From the NCBI GenBank assembly GCA_030704615.1, contig CM060732.1:56296001-56360000 (forward strand): a DNA stretch of 64,000 nucleotides, written 5' to 3'. Made by a program: the position numbers and the translations under genes. The stretch is from Takakia lepidozioides. Lineage: Eukaryota; Plantae; Bryophyta. This document shows positions 50,174 through 61,981 of the stretch, one piece after another; position 1 is the first letter of the stretch, and each line of letters opens with the position of its first letter. The notes under the pieces are model-generated. The model was not told the origin of the DNA. It was given only the letters and a program-made list of their open reading frames with translations, and did not search any database.

Positions 50174-51064
50174 GCTTGGCTTGCGGTCCCAATACAATGG
50201 TACGCCCATCCTTTTCGGATAGTAGAACTGTACTGCTGCCAGTACCTCAGACTCTGGCCACAGAAAGGTCCGACATATGTCTTGCCTACCAGTAATATGT
50301 TTTGCTCGAACTAAGATATTACTATATCGTTCACTTGTTTCCACGTGCATGTATTTTTGTATGTTGGAGGGTTCATGTTTTTCTGCTTTCCGAAAACTTG
50401 CTTTCCTCATTGACCTCCGACAAGGAAATGCGGCGCCGCATTTCCAAGTATCGTCGTAGGTACTGGTAGAGGCGGCCTTCGCCAACACCAAACCGCTCCG
50501 AAATTTCGCACGTGCCAATCCTAATGCGGCACCTTATTTCCCAGTTCAGTTGCAAACCTTTCCCGCCGAATACCCGAAGAAGACAGAATTGTGAAGTACT
50601 GCAGACTCTATTGGTGCAGACTCCATTGGTTCAATCGCGGCAAAAGGGTCAGCTTCATTCCAATGTTAAGGCATGTAAAACCGCGGAATACTCTATACAG
50701 GCCAGTATGCGACGTCCTTTTGCAGTGGTATACTGGATTTCCCGTTGCACGGTCACTTATTTCCATGAGCGGATCTAAAAAACCATGAGCGGACTTGTTA
50801 CTGACGACATATCTTCGCCGCATTACATGATCTGGAACGTCCAAAAACGGCAAGGTCAAATAAAAAACTATTATTTTAATACTTGTTTAATCTGCCGCAT
50901 TTCCAAATTTGGAGGAGTCCGCTCATGAAATCTGCGTATCTTAGACTTCGGCTCACCGCTCATGCGGCTCATGGCTCATGGCTCATGGTTTCTGCTCATG
51001 AAATAGTAAACCTCCTTGGCCTTGCATTTCTTGTTAGCCTTCCATGGTTGTATCCACTCCCACT

Positions 51065-51205
51065 ATCCAATGCAATGCGGATATAACCAATCCCCATCAG
51101 GAACCATCTCAAGAGGTGGAGTCAAACATCCCATATGCCAACCTCTAGAGCATCGTCCACACCAGCATGGTGGCTGCCCCTCTAGCAGACCCACACAACA
51201 TGCAC
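51065..51205 (-). other. PHD finger at the C-terminus of the SDR-3 integrase
   Basis: CMLCGSARGAATMLV(fs)CGRCSRGWHMGCLTPPLEMVPDGDWLYPHC, a C4HC3 pattern with one Cys-to-Tyr change. Confidence 0.85.
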
Positions 51206-54200
51206 CTCAAACTTGCAGGTACCACTTCCAGGTTTGGGTTAATCCTGCCATCGACATTCGGAAGGTGACATGGCGCACAATTACGCACATGGTCCTTCCA
51301 AGTTATGCCATCCCGACCCTCCAAGATCAAAACTCCTGAGGGCAACACCTCTCGAACCCTCAAAATAGTACGTCCTGCGTCCACAATCCAGGGTCGTAGG
51401 AGCAGTCTGCTGCAAATAAACATAGTCACTAGGGTTAAATCTCCGAACCCCAAGACAATATTCCCCACCTCAACGTATCACGATGTTGTGCAATGGCAAG
51501 GTTCTTGAAAGCCATGGGCATGACTTTCTTGAACAACTCTGCACGCTGATCACATGCACTGCCCACACGTCCGGATCGTCAAGGTTGAGAACTGTAGCAG
51601 CTTCTCTACAATGGATGCAGGCAAATCTGGCTCTCGGCAAAGAGAAGAAAGTATGGTGAGAAAGAGGCAGTGATGCTTGCTTGCTGAACCTGTACCCATG
51701 GCTAACCAGGGTACTGAAGGTCCCAATCTCCTAGGTGTCCCTTCTGCAAGCCAAACTTGCGCAAACCCCTCTTCACTGTCTGAACAACCCTCTCTGCCAA
51801 GCCATCAGCCTCAGGATGATCCCGAGAAGTGGTGCGGTGGTCTACCAATTCGTGGTCACACAAAGCCTGAAACTCCCCCAAGAACTCTCTCCCTTGGTCC
51901 GTGAATACCTCACTGGAGCACCGAATCGGCAAGTACACAATCCAAGAATGCATACGCAGCTGCCTCACTGCCTTATCAGGCAATGGAACCATCTCGATCC
52001 ACTTGGAGAAGTGCTCCACCATCACCAACACGTCTTTGTTGTGGCAATGGTCAGTGGCAACGGCCCTGCGAAGTCAAGACTCCACCTGTAGCCCAATCCC
52101 ATGATCGGAAGAGGGTGCAATGTGGAGTAGGGGCATTGAATGAAGCACGCACCCTGTCACACACCATGCACCTAGCCACAAATTGTTGCACCTCTGTGTG
52201 CATACCACGCCACCAATATTGCCCCTGCAGTAGACTATGAGTTGTCGCGCGGCTTTTACTCACCCATCCCTTCGCTATCCGAGGCGGGAACTCCAAGATA
52301 GAAGAGTTGGAAATCTCTCAGAAGCATCTCAGCCCGCTCAGACATCAGTCATGACCGACCTACAGCTAGTGTATCATGGTGGGTGTTTCCTATTTGTTTT
52401 CCTTCCCGCATTCATGTTAGCTTGTTACTTACTTCCTGTTGGTATTTAATTATCAGTTTGCTTCAGCAATCTATCGGATTCCATCAACTCATCCATTCAT
52501 TCCACAGCTTCACTCAGATCTGTCTACATAGTGTGAGTATGAAGTATGTATCAGATTAATATCTATCACGTATCAGGCTGAAGCCATGGTGTCTCTATTC
52601 TGCTCTACATTACAACTCTACTTCTTGCATTCAGTCAGTATCAACACATCGTTTTTCTCCTCTTCCGTGCTCTCCCTCTTTCTCCTCAGAGATGCGCTCT
52701 CTCCGCTTCATTTCCAAGTTCTGATCCCCACCAAGTGATCCTCTTCCAGTCCCCGCTCCTCGCTTCTTCCTTTTTGTGGTTCTACCGTTTCCCCTCACTA
52801 ACCGCCGTCATCCGTGAACTAACATGTTCCATTCGCAGATGTTGTTCCCCACAGTCGTTCCCTGTCCTGCCATCCATTCCCTATGGTCGTGACAGCTGTG
52901 TCAAGCTGTGACTGGCTGTGTGAAACTGTGACTGGCTGTGCGACTGTGTTGGGCTGTGTCGGGCTGTGTCTGGCTGTGGCGGCTGTGTCGGCTGTGTTGG
53001 CTGTGACGGGCTGTGTCAAGCTGGGACTGGCTGTGTGAAACTGTGACTGGTTGTGCGATTGTGTTGGGCTGTGTCGGACTGTGTCGAGCTGTGATTGGCT
53101 GTGACGGCTGTGTCTGGCTGTGGCGGCTGTGTCGGCTGTGTCGGACTGTGACGGGCTGTGTTGGACTGTGACAGGCTGTGTTGGCTGTGACGGGCTGTGT
53201 CGGCTGTGACGGGTTGTGTAACGCCCCCCCCCCTAAAGTGCTGCTGTCACCCTAAGGCTCCTGTTGGTCTCAGTCTGTGCAAAAATTAAGGGTACCCCAT
53301 AGATCCCGTAAAAGTGCCTAAGTCCCAGATAGTCCTCTAACATGAGTGCATCGCACCCCAAAATGCCCCAACTCCTCATGGGCATGCCGCACTAACCGTG
53401 CCCGCTGTGTTGGGCGAGGCACAATCCTCACTCGACCATCCTCCCACACTCGGAGCAGGTGTGTCCTCTCCCACTTGAACCTCTTGGCTCGTTGTAGGAT
53501 CCGATCCCTCTCCTTGGTAGTCACAGTGGCTGCCGTGTCTCCAATGTGGAGGTAGTCCAACATAGCTGAATCCTCATGTATATCTTTGGCGTCACCTTGC
53601 TCATTGCTGGCCTTAGGGTCCTCAGACACTTGATCTACAGTCATCCCTGTTGCAGGTCCAACCTGGCCTTCCACTGCCAAGATACACAGAAATGCAGATG
53701 CATGCCATCCGGGCACCATCTCCTCGTCCATCTCACCATGCCATCGAGCTCCAGTGTCATCCTGCTAGCTCGTGCATGGATTGCGACTCAACCCATCTGC
53801 ATCCCGATTGACCAAACCCGGTCGATGCACAACCTGAAAGTCACTCTTGAAGGATGAGTGCCCACCGTGCAAGCTTCCCCGTAAGCTTGTCTGACTCCAT
53901 CAACCACTTGAGTGGTTGATGATCCGTGACAAGGGTGAAGAGATTGTCGTATAGATAGCACCTGAAGTGTGCCACGGCCCACACTGCTAAGCATTCTCCC
54001 TCATATGAGCTATACTTAGACTCTGTAGCGTTGTTCGAGTGGCTAGCATAAGCCACTACGAACTCTCTTCCCTCATCACCCACCTGTGTGAGCACCGCTC
54101 CAAGCCCCAGCATGCTCCAATCTGTATGCAGCTGAAAAAGACGCCCCTTGATGGGCGCCGAGGTCAACCTCGCCTTGAGCTCTTAGAAAGCTCGTTCTTG

Positions 54201-57200
54201 CTCATCTTCCCACTGCCACTCCTGGTCCACCTTGGTCAGCTTGGTTAGAGCCTTTGCAATGGCACTAAATCCCTTGACAAACCGTCTATAATAGTTTGCC
54301 AACCCCATGAAAGCTCGAACTCGGCTCACATCCGTGGGGCGTGGAATCTGTGCAATGGCCTCTACCTTAGTCTGCTGTACCCCCAATCCTCCAGGATATA
54401 TCATGTGACCCAGATACTCAATCTGGTTGTGGAAAAACTTGCACTTAAGCCCAAATGGTAAGAACTGCCACTGGTATAGGCAATCATTCCCGTGCTCATT
54501 GATCCCTAGAATGTCGTCTTCTACTTATCCGCCTCCTTGATCGGCAACTGGTGATATCCGGATCGTAAATCCAAAGTGCTAAAGACCTTGGCATGCCCAA
54601 TAACATCAAAGATCTCCTCTGGTGTTGGCATGACATACCTATCGGACTTGGTCTGACGATTTATAGGCTGGTAATCACCGCACATACGTCTCTCCGTCCA
54701 ATTGCCATAGACATCATTCTTGGCTGGCATCACTGTGGCTGAAGCATACTCTCCACCAGATAGCTCCACCAAACCAGCCTCCCAGAGGTCCTGAGTCCTC
54801 ATCTGAATCAAGGACCTCTCCATGTCACTGTATCTATAGGGTCTCCGAAAGATTGGCGTGTCAGTGGCCAATTCAATGCGAATCTCTTGACCCTTCAGTG
54901 CTCCCAAGTCCTTCAAACTGAAGGCAAAGCAGTTCCTGTAAGCCCTCAAAAACTGCCGTATACGTCGTTTCTCTCCTCCGGTGACTATGGGTCCAACATC
55001 AAGCTCCAGTTGTCCTCCGTGACTGCAACCTTGAGTCCAGCAGGCTTAGAGGTAGAAGACGCATCTCGTGGTTGTTATGCTGCAACCTCTTGAGCAGTGA
55101 CCACTGCCTGCTCTGTCAGTGACAATGTCTCATCCTGCCCCATCATCCCATCCTTAATGACCTTCTCAACCCGACAAAAATCCCCAACCTCATCCATCAC
55201 CGCCGCCTTGGCTGCCAACTCCTTCTGAACCTCGAGCACCTCCCACGTGTGCCATGGATGCAGCCTACACCTCGTGGTCCTCACCTGTTCACCCCCACTC
55301 GCTGCCTGTACCGTCTCGGTAGACAGAGAGACTATCAAGGGAAGTGTACTCCATACTCTGCACTGCTCAGCCATAGCCAAGCTGATAATCCAGGTCAAGC
55401 AATTGAGATCCATGGCTTGCCCCAACACCTGACGACGTGATGCCTCAGAAAGAGATGGCACCGCCGTGGTACCAGTGGTAAAACCCATTGCCCGCTTGCG
55501 CTCGTCAACATTGGGCTCCACTAACTGCTGCAACTGGCTATCCCACAAGAGGCCAGGTCAACCATCCCGGAAAGCATGAGATCCTGGAAAACTGAGCAGT
55601 GTAGGAAATGCTGCTCGTGGATGACCCACCTTATTGACCACTGCCAAAGGTGATCGGTCATCGTGTCTCACACGCTGAGACTGCCTCCCTATGTCCAAAA
55701 TGCTATCCACCGTCAGGTTTGGTGGCCGCTACACCCCATCAAATACACGCTTGAGCAATGCAGGTGGCATCAAGTTGGTCCACCACAGTCGTGGGCGATG
55801 AGCCCATGACCCCACTGTAGCTGCATCCAGCAACATTGCTGACCCAAACCAAGACCGCACTTGATGTACACTGGCCATCACCTTGGCCCGAGAATCACCC
55901 ATCAATGGCACATTCTCCAAGATATATGTCGGAGAGTCTGTCTGCTGAAGCTGTAAATAGCGCATGACCCTCAACATCTCCCAAAACAGGCGTGACCTTG
56001 AGTCTTGTAACCCATTGCCATACCCAGCTGATGAAAGCCCTTGGCAGGGCCAACCTGCCACTACTAAGTGAATAGGGCCAACCCGCTCCAAATCAGCGCC
56101 CCAAGCAAGGAGATGTCTGCTGGCAAGGCTTATTGGTATCCACGAACTGCAGACACTGGCAACAAATCAGGGTACTGCTGCACCAACTGAGCAACATGGC
56201 GCAGTGAGACACGTCGTGCAGTCTCATCCCTCTCCACATATAGGTAACGTTGAACTCGTACACCTGCCTGTAGCACTGCAGCCAATCCAGTGCTAATCCC
56301 GCCAAACAAGTCTAGAAAAGCATATGCCTTCATCCGGGCACTGCCACACAAGAGGTGTGGTGTCCATTGGCGACAACTGAGGTGGTCCTGGTGCAATCAC
56401 TGCACTCTCCTCCTCTCCTGACGGTACAAAGGCCTCTACCCAGGCTTGTTGCACCCGTCTATCAGCAGCCTGCTGCAAATCCTTGCTCGTACTCCACAAT
56501 GGAGTGTGAGCAACCATGGCAGGCAACTCCGACGTACCATGCATGTCATCCTGCTCTGCTGGAGGTGGCACATCCTCTGTATGGGCATTGCCCTCCAGCA
56601 ACTCTCAAGACCAACTAACTGCAGCTGTGAAGGCTGCTAGTGTTTGGCATCTTGCCCCGTTGGGCAGCAACAACACCCCCAATGAACGTCACAGGGAGCT
56701 GTACACGACGACCATCCCCTAACTGCCATCCAGGCCTGTAGGATGTTGACTCTTCCCAAAAATCCAGGGTGAAGCCCATGGATACAACACTGCCCCACCA
56801 ACGAGGACATCGTAAGAGACTGCGTCTGTCACAATGGCCTTGGCTCGCATCACTGAGCCATCTATAGGATGATCCGGCTGTAGTCTAATGGCCAACTCAC
56901 ACCGTGTCATGCCCCGAGCCTACTCTGATCCTCCCAGAGATGTCTGTATCTGGAAAGGACAAGGCTCCATGTCCGCCTCCATGAGGCCCAAACCTGCAAT
57001 AGCAGCTCTGCCCAACATCAGTGGCTGAGCTCCCGAGTCCATCAAGACCCGCAGTGGCCGGTACCTCTTGCCTGCCGGTCCACTCAAAGAGAAAATGTCA
57101 TTCTGGTTGTCTAACAAGACAACTCCAGGTGTCACTATGGTGCGCTCAAAGGCTGGCCTAGCTGGCAGCTACGTCAACCTGGCAGCTGCAGCTTGCCATG

Positions 57201-59261
57201 GCGCAGCCGTGGCAATCTTGACCCTCAAATCCGAGGATCCCTCTGCCACTACACCCTCCACTAACTCCGCAGAAGATGAAGTGACCTCCCCACTCTCGTA
57301 GAGTGTTGCTGCTAGTCTGAACACTGCAGCTGGTCTTACCCCCGGCGTCGCAATCATGGTTGCCGAGAACAGTGGGGCTTGATACACAGAGGTGGCTGCC
57401 CCCAACAACATACTGGCTGCACTAGCCTTAGCAGCAGGTGTCAGTACTGCACGTGTAGCTCTCCCAATGGCACAATAACGGCCTCTGTATCTGTCAGACG
57501 AGAACTAGGTGCTATGGATGTCGTCGACACTGTCTCCCCCAAGATGAATGATTGAGGCAACCTAGCCTGACGGCTTGCCTCCCCACGCTGTGGATCTAAC
57601 TCCACCTCTGCACCTCGTGGCTCAGGAACTCGTGCTGCTCCTCGAGTGACGGCTGCAGCAGACTCCACCTGCACTAGTGTTAGTGCTGCCCCACACATAA
57701 ATCCCATGTCTCCCATGTCTCCTCCGTCAGGATGACGCTGCTGAGGAGGAACATGAGGTGGACCCTCAGGTCTTGGAGCTGGTACCACCTGAGCTGTGGC
57801 CATGGCAACAAGCCTTTGCTCTAGTTGCTGAAGCCGGTTGGCCATGCCTTGGTCAACGCCCTGACCTCCACGTCCTTGGCCATACTATGCTTGCCCTCGT
57901 CCTACACCTCGTGCCTGACCACCTCGTCCTCTCTAAGGTGCTCCAGCTCGCCCTCGGCCACCATTGTTCCCTTGGAACTGGCCTTGCCACAACTCAGGGT
58001 GCAAGTTATAACACTGGGCATCTCCATGCCCATACTTGCCACAATGCCCACACTGCAACTGTGCTTGTGCCGGCCTTTTGCCACTCTCTGGGCTATCTTT
58101 CTTGACATGGGGTCCTCCACATGTCCAACATATCACCCCTGGTTGTTGTTGGCTTGCAAAAGATGCTACTGGCCTCTGCACCTGAGGTCCCTTGTAAGCT
58201 CCATGGAATTTGGGTTGGGAAACCTTGCCCCCCTGACCACGCTGTTGGGCAGTCCCTTGTGCCTGTTGGCTGGCAGCTGTGCCTCGTGCAGGCATGTCCT
58301 TGCCAAATCCAATGGTAACAACTCGCTCCTCCACCATGTTGAGCTCAATCCGCTCAGCCAGCATAAACACATCTGCTAATGTGGGTTGGGCTGCTTGTAA
58401 CAGGGTTGCATCCCGTACCCTTCTCATGAGCTCCTTGTCCAAAATTCCATATCAGAACTAGATTGCCTAAGCTTCAGTAACCCCTTGGGTCACACTTATC
58501 GAGCGCCTCATACGAGTGTAGGCCTCTCGCAAGCTCTCACTGGATTTGTGCTAGAAGTCTTGCAAACTTCGCAACTTCTCTGTCCGTACACCTTGGTAGT
58601 TCCTCCGCAACTCCTGGAAGAACTCCACCACCGGGCTGAATCTAGGCACATGTGTTGTAGTCGTGGCAGAAGGAGTAGTAGCACCTTCTGCAGAAGTACC
58701 GGCACTACTTGTTCCACTACTAGTGCTGGCCGTGGGAGATATTGGTGCTGATGCCGCTATTAGTCGCGTTGTGCCTCGAGTAATGGAGACGGAGTCAGGT
58801 GACCAATACATCCTCCACTCCTCAATCTCTGCTTCATGTCCTCGCCTGAACTCGTGATAATCGTCCATAGGCGGGCCTTCCAAATGCTGGAACAATCCCT
58901 TCCATGCCATGAATAGGGTGAATAGCTGTGGATTGCGCATCTGCTGCAAATCACACCAGCTGTCGAACTCCTGGACAAAGTTATCCAGCTCGATTGTGCC
59001 CACAGCTCCAGAGTACCTACGAGGCCCCTTGGTAGCTCCATACATCTCCTCTATGTTGTCCCACAATTATGGCGAAGAAAACTGCACATCTGTTGATGAA
59101 GCCTCCGGGTCTGTGTCAGACTCTACAGTAGTTGAGGGTGGAGGTGAAGGTGGTCTGAACCGAATACCTCGTCTTGTGAATCCACTCTCACTGCTACTGC
59201 CTGTAGCCGTACTCCCCTCAAAACCCTTGGGTAACTCTGTGATGACACTCACAACGTGCAC
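51206..59261 (-). pseudogene. pol: gag-pol of SDR-3: gag (~59261-57850), protease (~57135-56720), DNMT (~56330-55380), RT with a deletion removing YxDD near 54445, RNase H, integrase
   Basis: LMDSGAQ; LDLFGGISTG...VVAGWPCQG...RSRLFWE...ILENV...AHRPRLWWTNL...RRQVLGQAMD; RMCGDYQPIN...FSTLDLRSGYHQ; LHTDWS; FTDQGREF...ADGLAER. Confidence 0.9.
52243..53342. mobile_element. Solo LTR (1.1 kb) inserted in the SDR-3 integrase
   Basis: TGT...ACA ends with a 5-bp TSD TGAGT (52238-52242 / 53343-53347). The integrase frame resumes on both sides. Contains GGCTGTG repeats at 52890-53220. Confidence 0.75.
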
Positions 59262-59880
59262 CTCCCCTACGTGACACTATAAGGCTCTAGTACTAATTCT
59301 AATAGTGACACGGGTGGGCACCTGTTGCAATTTAAGGGTCATATCCCAGTGGCTCAGGGCACCTACACCTGCATCCACCGCAAGAACTCCTATGGTTGGC
59401 TGGTCATCAACCCAGTCTCACCATAGAAGAAACACTGGTGGTCTTGCTGGTCATCACTCCAACCTCACCATCGACAGCATACTCTAGGATTGACCGGTGA
59501 TCAAATCCGGCCTAATCCCTATCCTTGGGATCCAAACACAAGAAATCAAAACATCAACACCCCCACACCAAAATCCATCTGCAGTGCTGATCGTGAATAT
59601 CCCAGCCCAAAAACCCCGGACTGACTGGCCTCCACCAAGAGAGGCTTTGGCAACTACAAGTACAAAGTAATGAAAATAGTAAAGAGAAGGAGGGGAAGAG
59701 TAGAGGCCCGACCAAGCAAGATCTAATCCTGATCTATGCTATCAACTGCCAGACTTCTCTCAAAGTGCCTCACTTTGCATGATGGTAAGGTATAGGAGGT
59801 ATATCTATGTCCAGAAACCTGCCACTAACCTTATCCCAAGCTACAGTAGCTTGCTCTAACCAACCCTCCTCCTCTCTCTG

Positions 59881-60483
59881 CTAGGTAGAGACAAAGCAAT
59901 ACTCCCCTATCTCCCGCTCACTGAATACTAAAGAAAATAAAGGTAGGGTCTGACAGTCTCTCAACTCGAAAGCTTTGAGACGGTTGCGGGTGTCCTCGTT
60001 GCGAATGATTGCATCTCCTTCAAGCAGAACAAACTTTTCATTGCTAATGAACCCCCGCTCGTGGTTGTCTTGTGCAGAGCGTGTCCGGCTGCAACCATGT
60101 CTGATTACACAAACTTGTGTAGCTCCTGCTTCTCTGCTCCAGTACACCACGGCCTTGTGGCTGAACACCTTGGTCCCCGGGGCTGTCTTTGGCTGTGTTC
60201 CAAGCCTAGCTTCCACCCACTTTGGTATTTCACCTACAGCTGCAGAACTGCTTGCTCCAACAGAGTTCTGACTGTCCAAAGCAATATTGAGGCCCTCAAC
60301 GCCAAGTATTGCAGTTTGTTGTCTATTGCTAATGCCTGACTCCCAGTATGCAATCAACTCGTCCAACTGCTCTCCATTCACATCAGTCTGAGTTCCTTGA
60401 GAAACATAAAGCTTGTCCCCTTGTGTGCACAGGCTAAGAGAAGAGACCTGCCCTTCAATTACGTCATCATTTCCCCTAGCCAT
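59881..60483 (-). CDS. Hypothetical 200-aa ORF in the SDR-3 leader
   Basis: ATG-started open frame with protein-like composition; no recognised motif. Confidence 0.3.
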   Translation of the reverse strand: MARGNDDVIEGQVSSLSLCTQGDKLYVSQGTQTDVNGEQLDELIAYWESGISNRQQTAILGVEGLNIALDSQNSVGASSSAAVGEIPKWVEARLGTQPKTAPGTKVFSHKAVVYWSREAGATQVCVIRHGCSRTRSAQDNHERGFISNEKFVLLEGDAIIRNEDTRNRLKAFELRDCQTLPLFSLVFSEREIGEYCFVST

Positions 60484-61354
60484 ACAAGGAGGACATCCAC
60501 AGATTTGTCTCTCATGTAGACCACAACAGGTTCTAGAAACAGAATTGTGGATCTTTCATGGCACACTCACACTCACACTCAAAAAATTCCATAGATTTTT
60601 AGCAGAGTCCAAAAAACTAAAATAGATAGGTAGATTTCCCCTTTCTACAGCTATCCCCTCAAAAATTGTGTCAAACGGGGCTCATATGACAAAGATATGG
60701 CCAAAGAGGCTCTGTAAATATAATATATGACCTTAAATAGAAAAAAATACAAGGAAAAACTATTTTCAATTGGTTTCCTTTGGTTCCCTGTTCCCACGTT
60801 TTTTGCGATTCACTGCAGGTTCCCTAAGAATTCCTTGGACTCATGCCACGCTCATATCTGAAATATGACGATCTTAGATTTTTCAACTCAATCAAGACTG
60901 GAACTACCATGAGAAAGGTAATGTCTTCATTGGTATGCCAAGTTCCAAGTGTCAGAATAATAACACCTTGTTGAAGCTGCTGCGATCAATGGGCCACCTT
61001 ATCGTTGTTGTATGAGATGGATCCCCTGTCTACTGCCTTGTCCCAGATGGAAGCCGAAACACATGAGGGTAAATCTGAGATGCAGCTGTGCATTCAAGCA
61101 TGATCCGAAACACCTCCATTCACTGCTCGCGGTGTGGTTCACTGTCTCATCTGCTTTCACCCTCACTAGAGATCCACATCTACAGATTATACCTCCCACT
61201 AGAAATGTAACACCATTGCAGCTCCAGGGCTCACATTCTCAGGCTCCACCTTCATTTCACGGTTCACCAATGCCTGGAGCCACAACTCAGAACGTGCGAC
61301 TTGACCACTATAGCCGCCTTCGTACTGAGACAAGGCTGGGCGCAAGCTGGGCAT

Positions 61355-61981
61355 TTACGAAAACCCCTCCGAGAAGCAGATAAGGCTCTCGGCAGATTGC
61401 CCGGCAGGTTTTGCTTGTAAATCAATCTTGTTAGCCAGCGATTGTAGGGCCTGCACCTGAAGCTCCAGGAACATCAAATAATCAACGGTCTCCTCCAGCA
61501 AAATGGGAGTGTCCATACTTGTTCCACCAGGAATAAGCTTTTGTAGATCCATGATGCGAGTATCACTGACCCGAGCGGTCACACCACGATTGGCATCAGA
61601 TCCGAATCTGTGGCAGTTCTTCAGAGATCTTACAGTTTTGATCCCCACAGATTTGTGGAGTGCCCTGAGTCTCCTGTTTGATGCCTTGTAGAGGCGTGAA
61701 TTCTTGTACAAATTCCTTCTAGATCTCCCTGCAAGCCTTTTAAAATTGGCCACCAGTACAGGCTTTCTAGTGACTTGCCAATAACCCCCTTTCCCGCTGC
61801 AATCAGACGACGCAATGTGACGGTATGCCCGAAAACTGGCTAACCTCTTCCTAACACCACCTTCGCTCTTCACTGGATGTATCCTGGGTTCCACGAAATT
61901 TGAGACAGACATGCACTTACAATCCAAAAAAACGGGCCGACTTGGAGTCACCCACGGCAAAGCCCTTCGTCTCCACTCCAC
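61355..61981 (-). CDS. Atypical bHLH transcription factor (IBH1/AIF/UPBEAT-like HLH)
   Basis: VSDTRIMDLQKLIPGGTSMDTPILLEETVDYLMFLELQVQALQSLA is the plant atypical HLH signature. Intronless; start codon uncertain. Confidence 0.75.
   Translation of the reverse strand: MEWRRRALPWVTPSRPVFLDCKCMSVSNFVEPRIHPVKSEGGVRKRLASFRAYRHIASSDCSGKGGYWQVTRKPVLVANFKRLAGRSRRNLYKNSRLYKASNRRLRALHKSVGIKTVRSLKNCHRFGSDANRGVTARVSDTRIMDLQKLIPGGTSMDTPILLEETVDYLMFLELQVQALQSLANKIDLQAKPAGQSAESLICFSEGFS

Larger units (their letters stand above)
39167..51014 (+). mobile_element. Mutator-like (MULE) DNA transposon, 11.8 kb, with cargo genes
   Basis: Perfect 8-bp TSD CTTGGCCT (39159-39166 / 51015-51022). Imperfect TIRs GGGGGCTGCTATTTCATGAGC / GCTCATGAAATAGTAAACCTC with (CATGAGC)n subterminal repeats. 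DDE+SWIM transposase inside. Confidence 0.88.

Noticed and set aside
55380-56330. Host DRM/CMT/MET1 gene
   Set aside because: Intronless, embedded in pol in three copies, with non-permuted motif order and no UBA, BAH or chromo domains.
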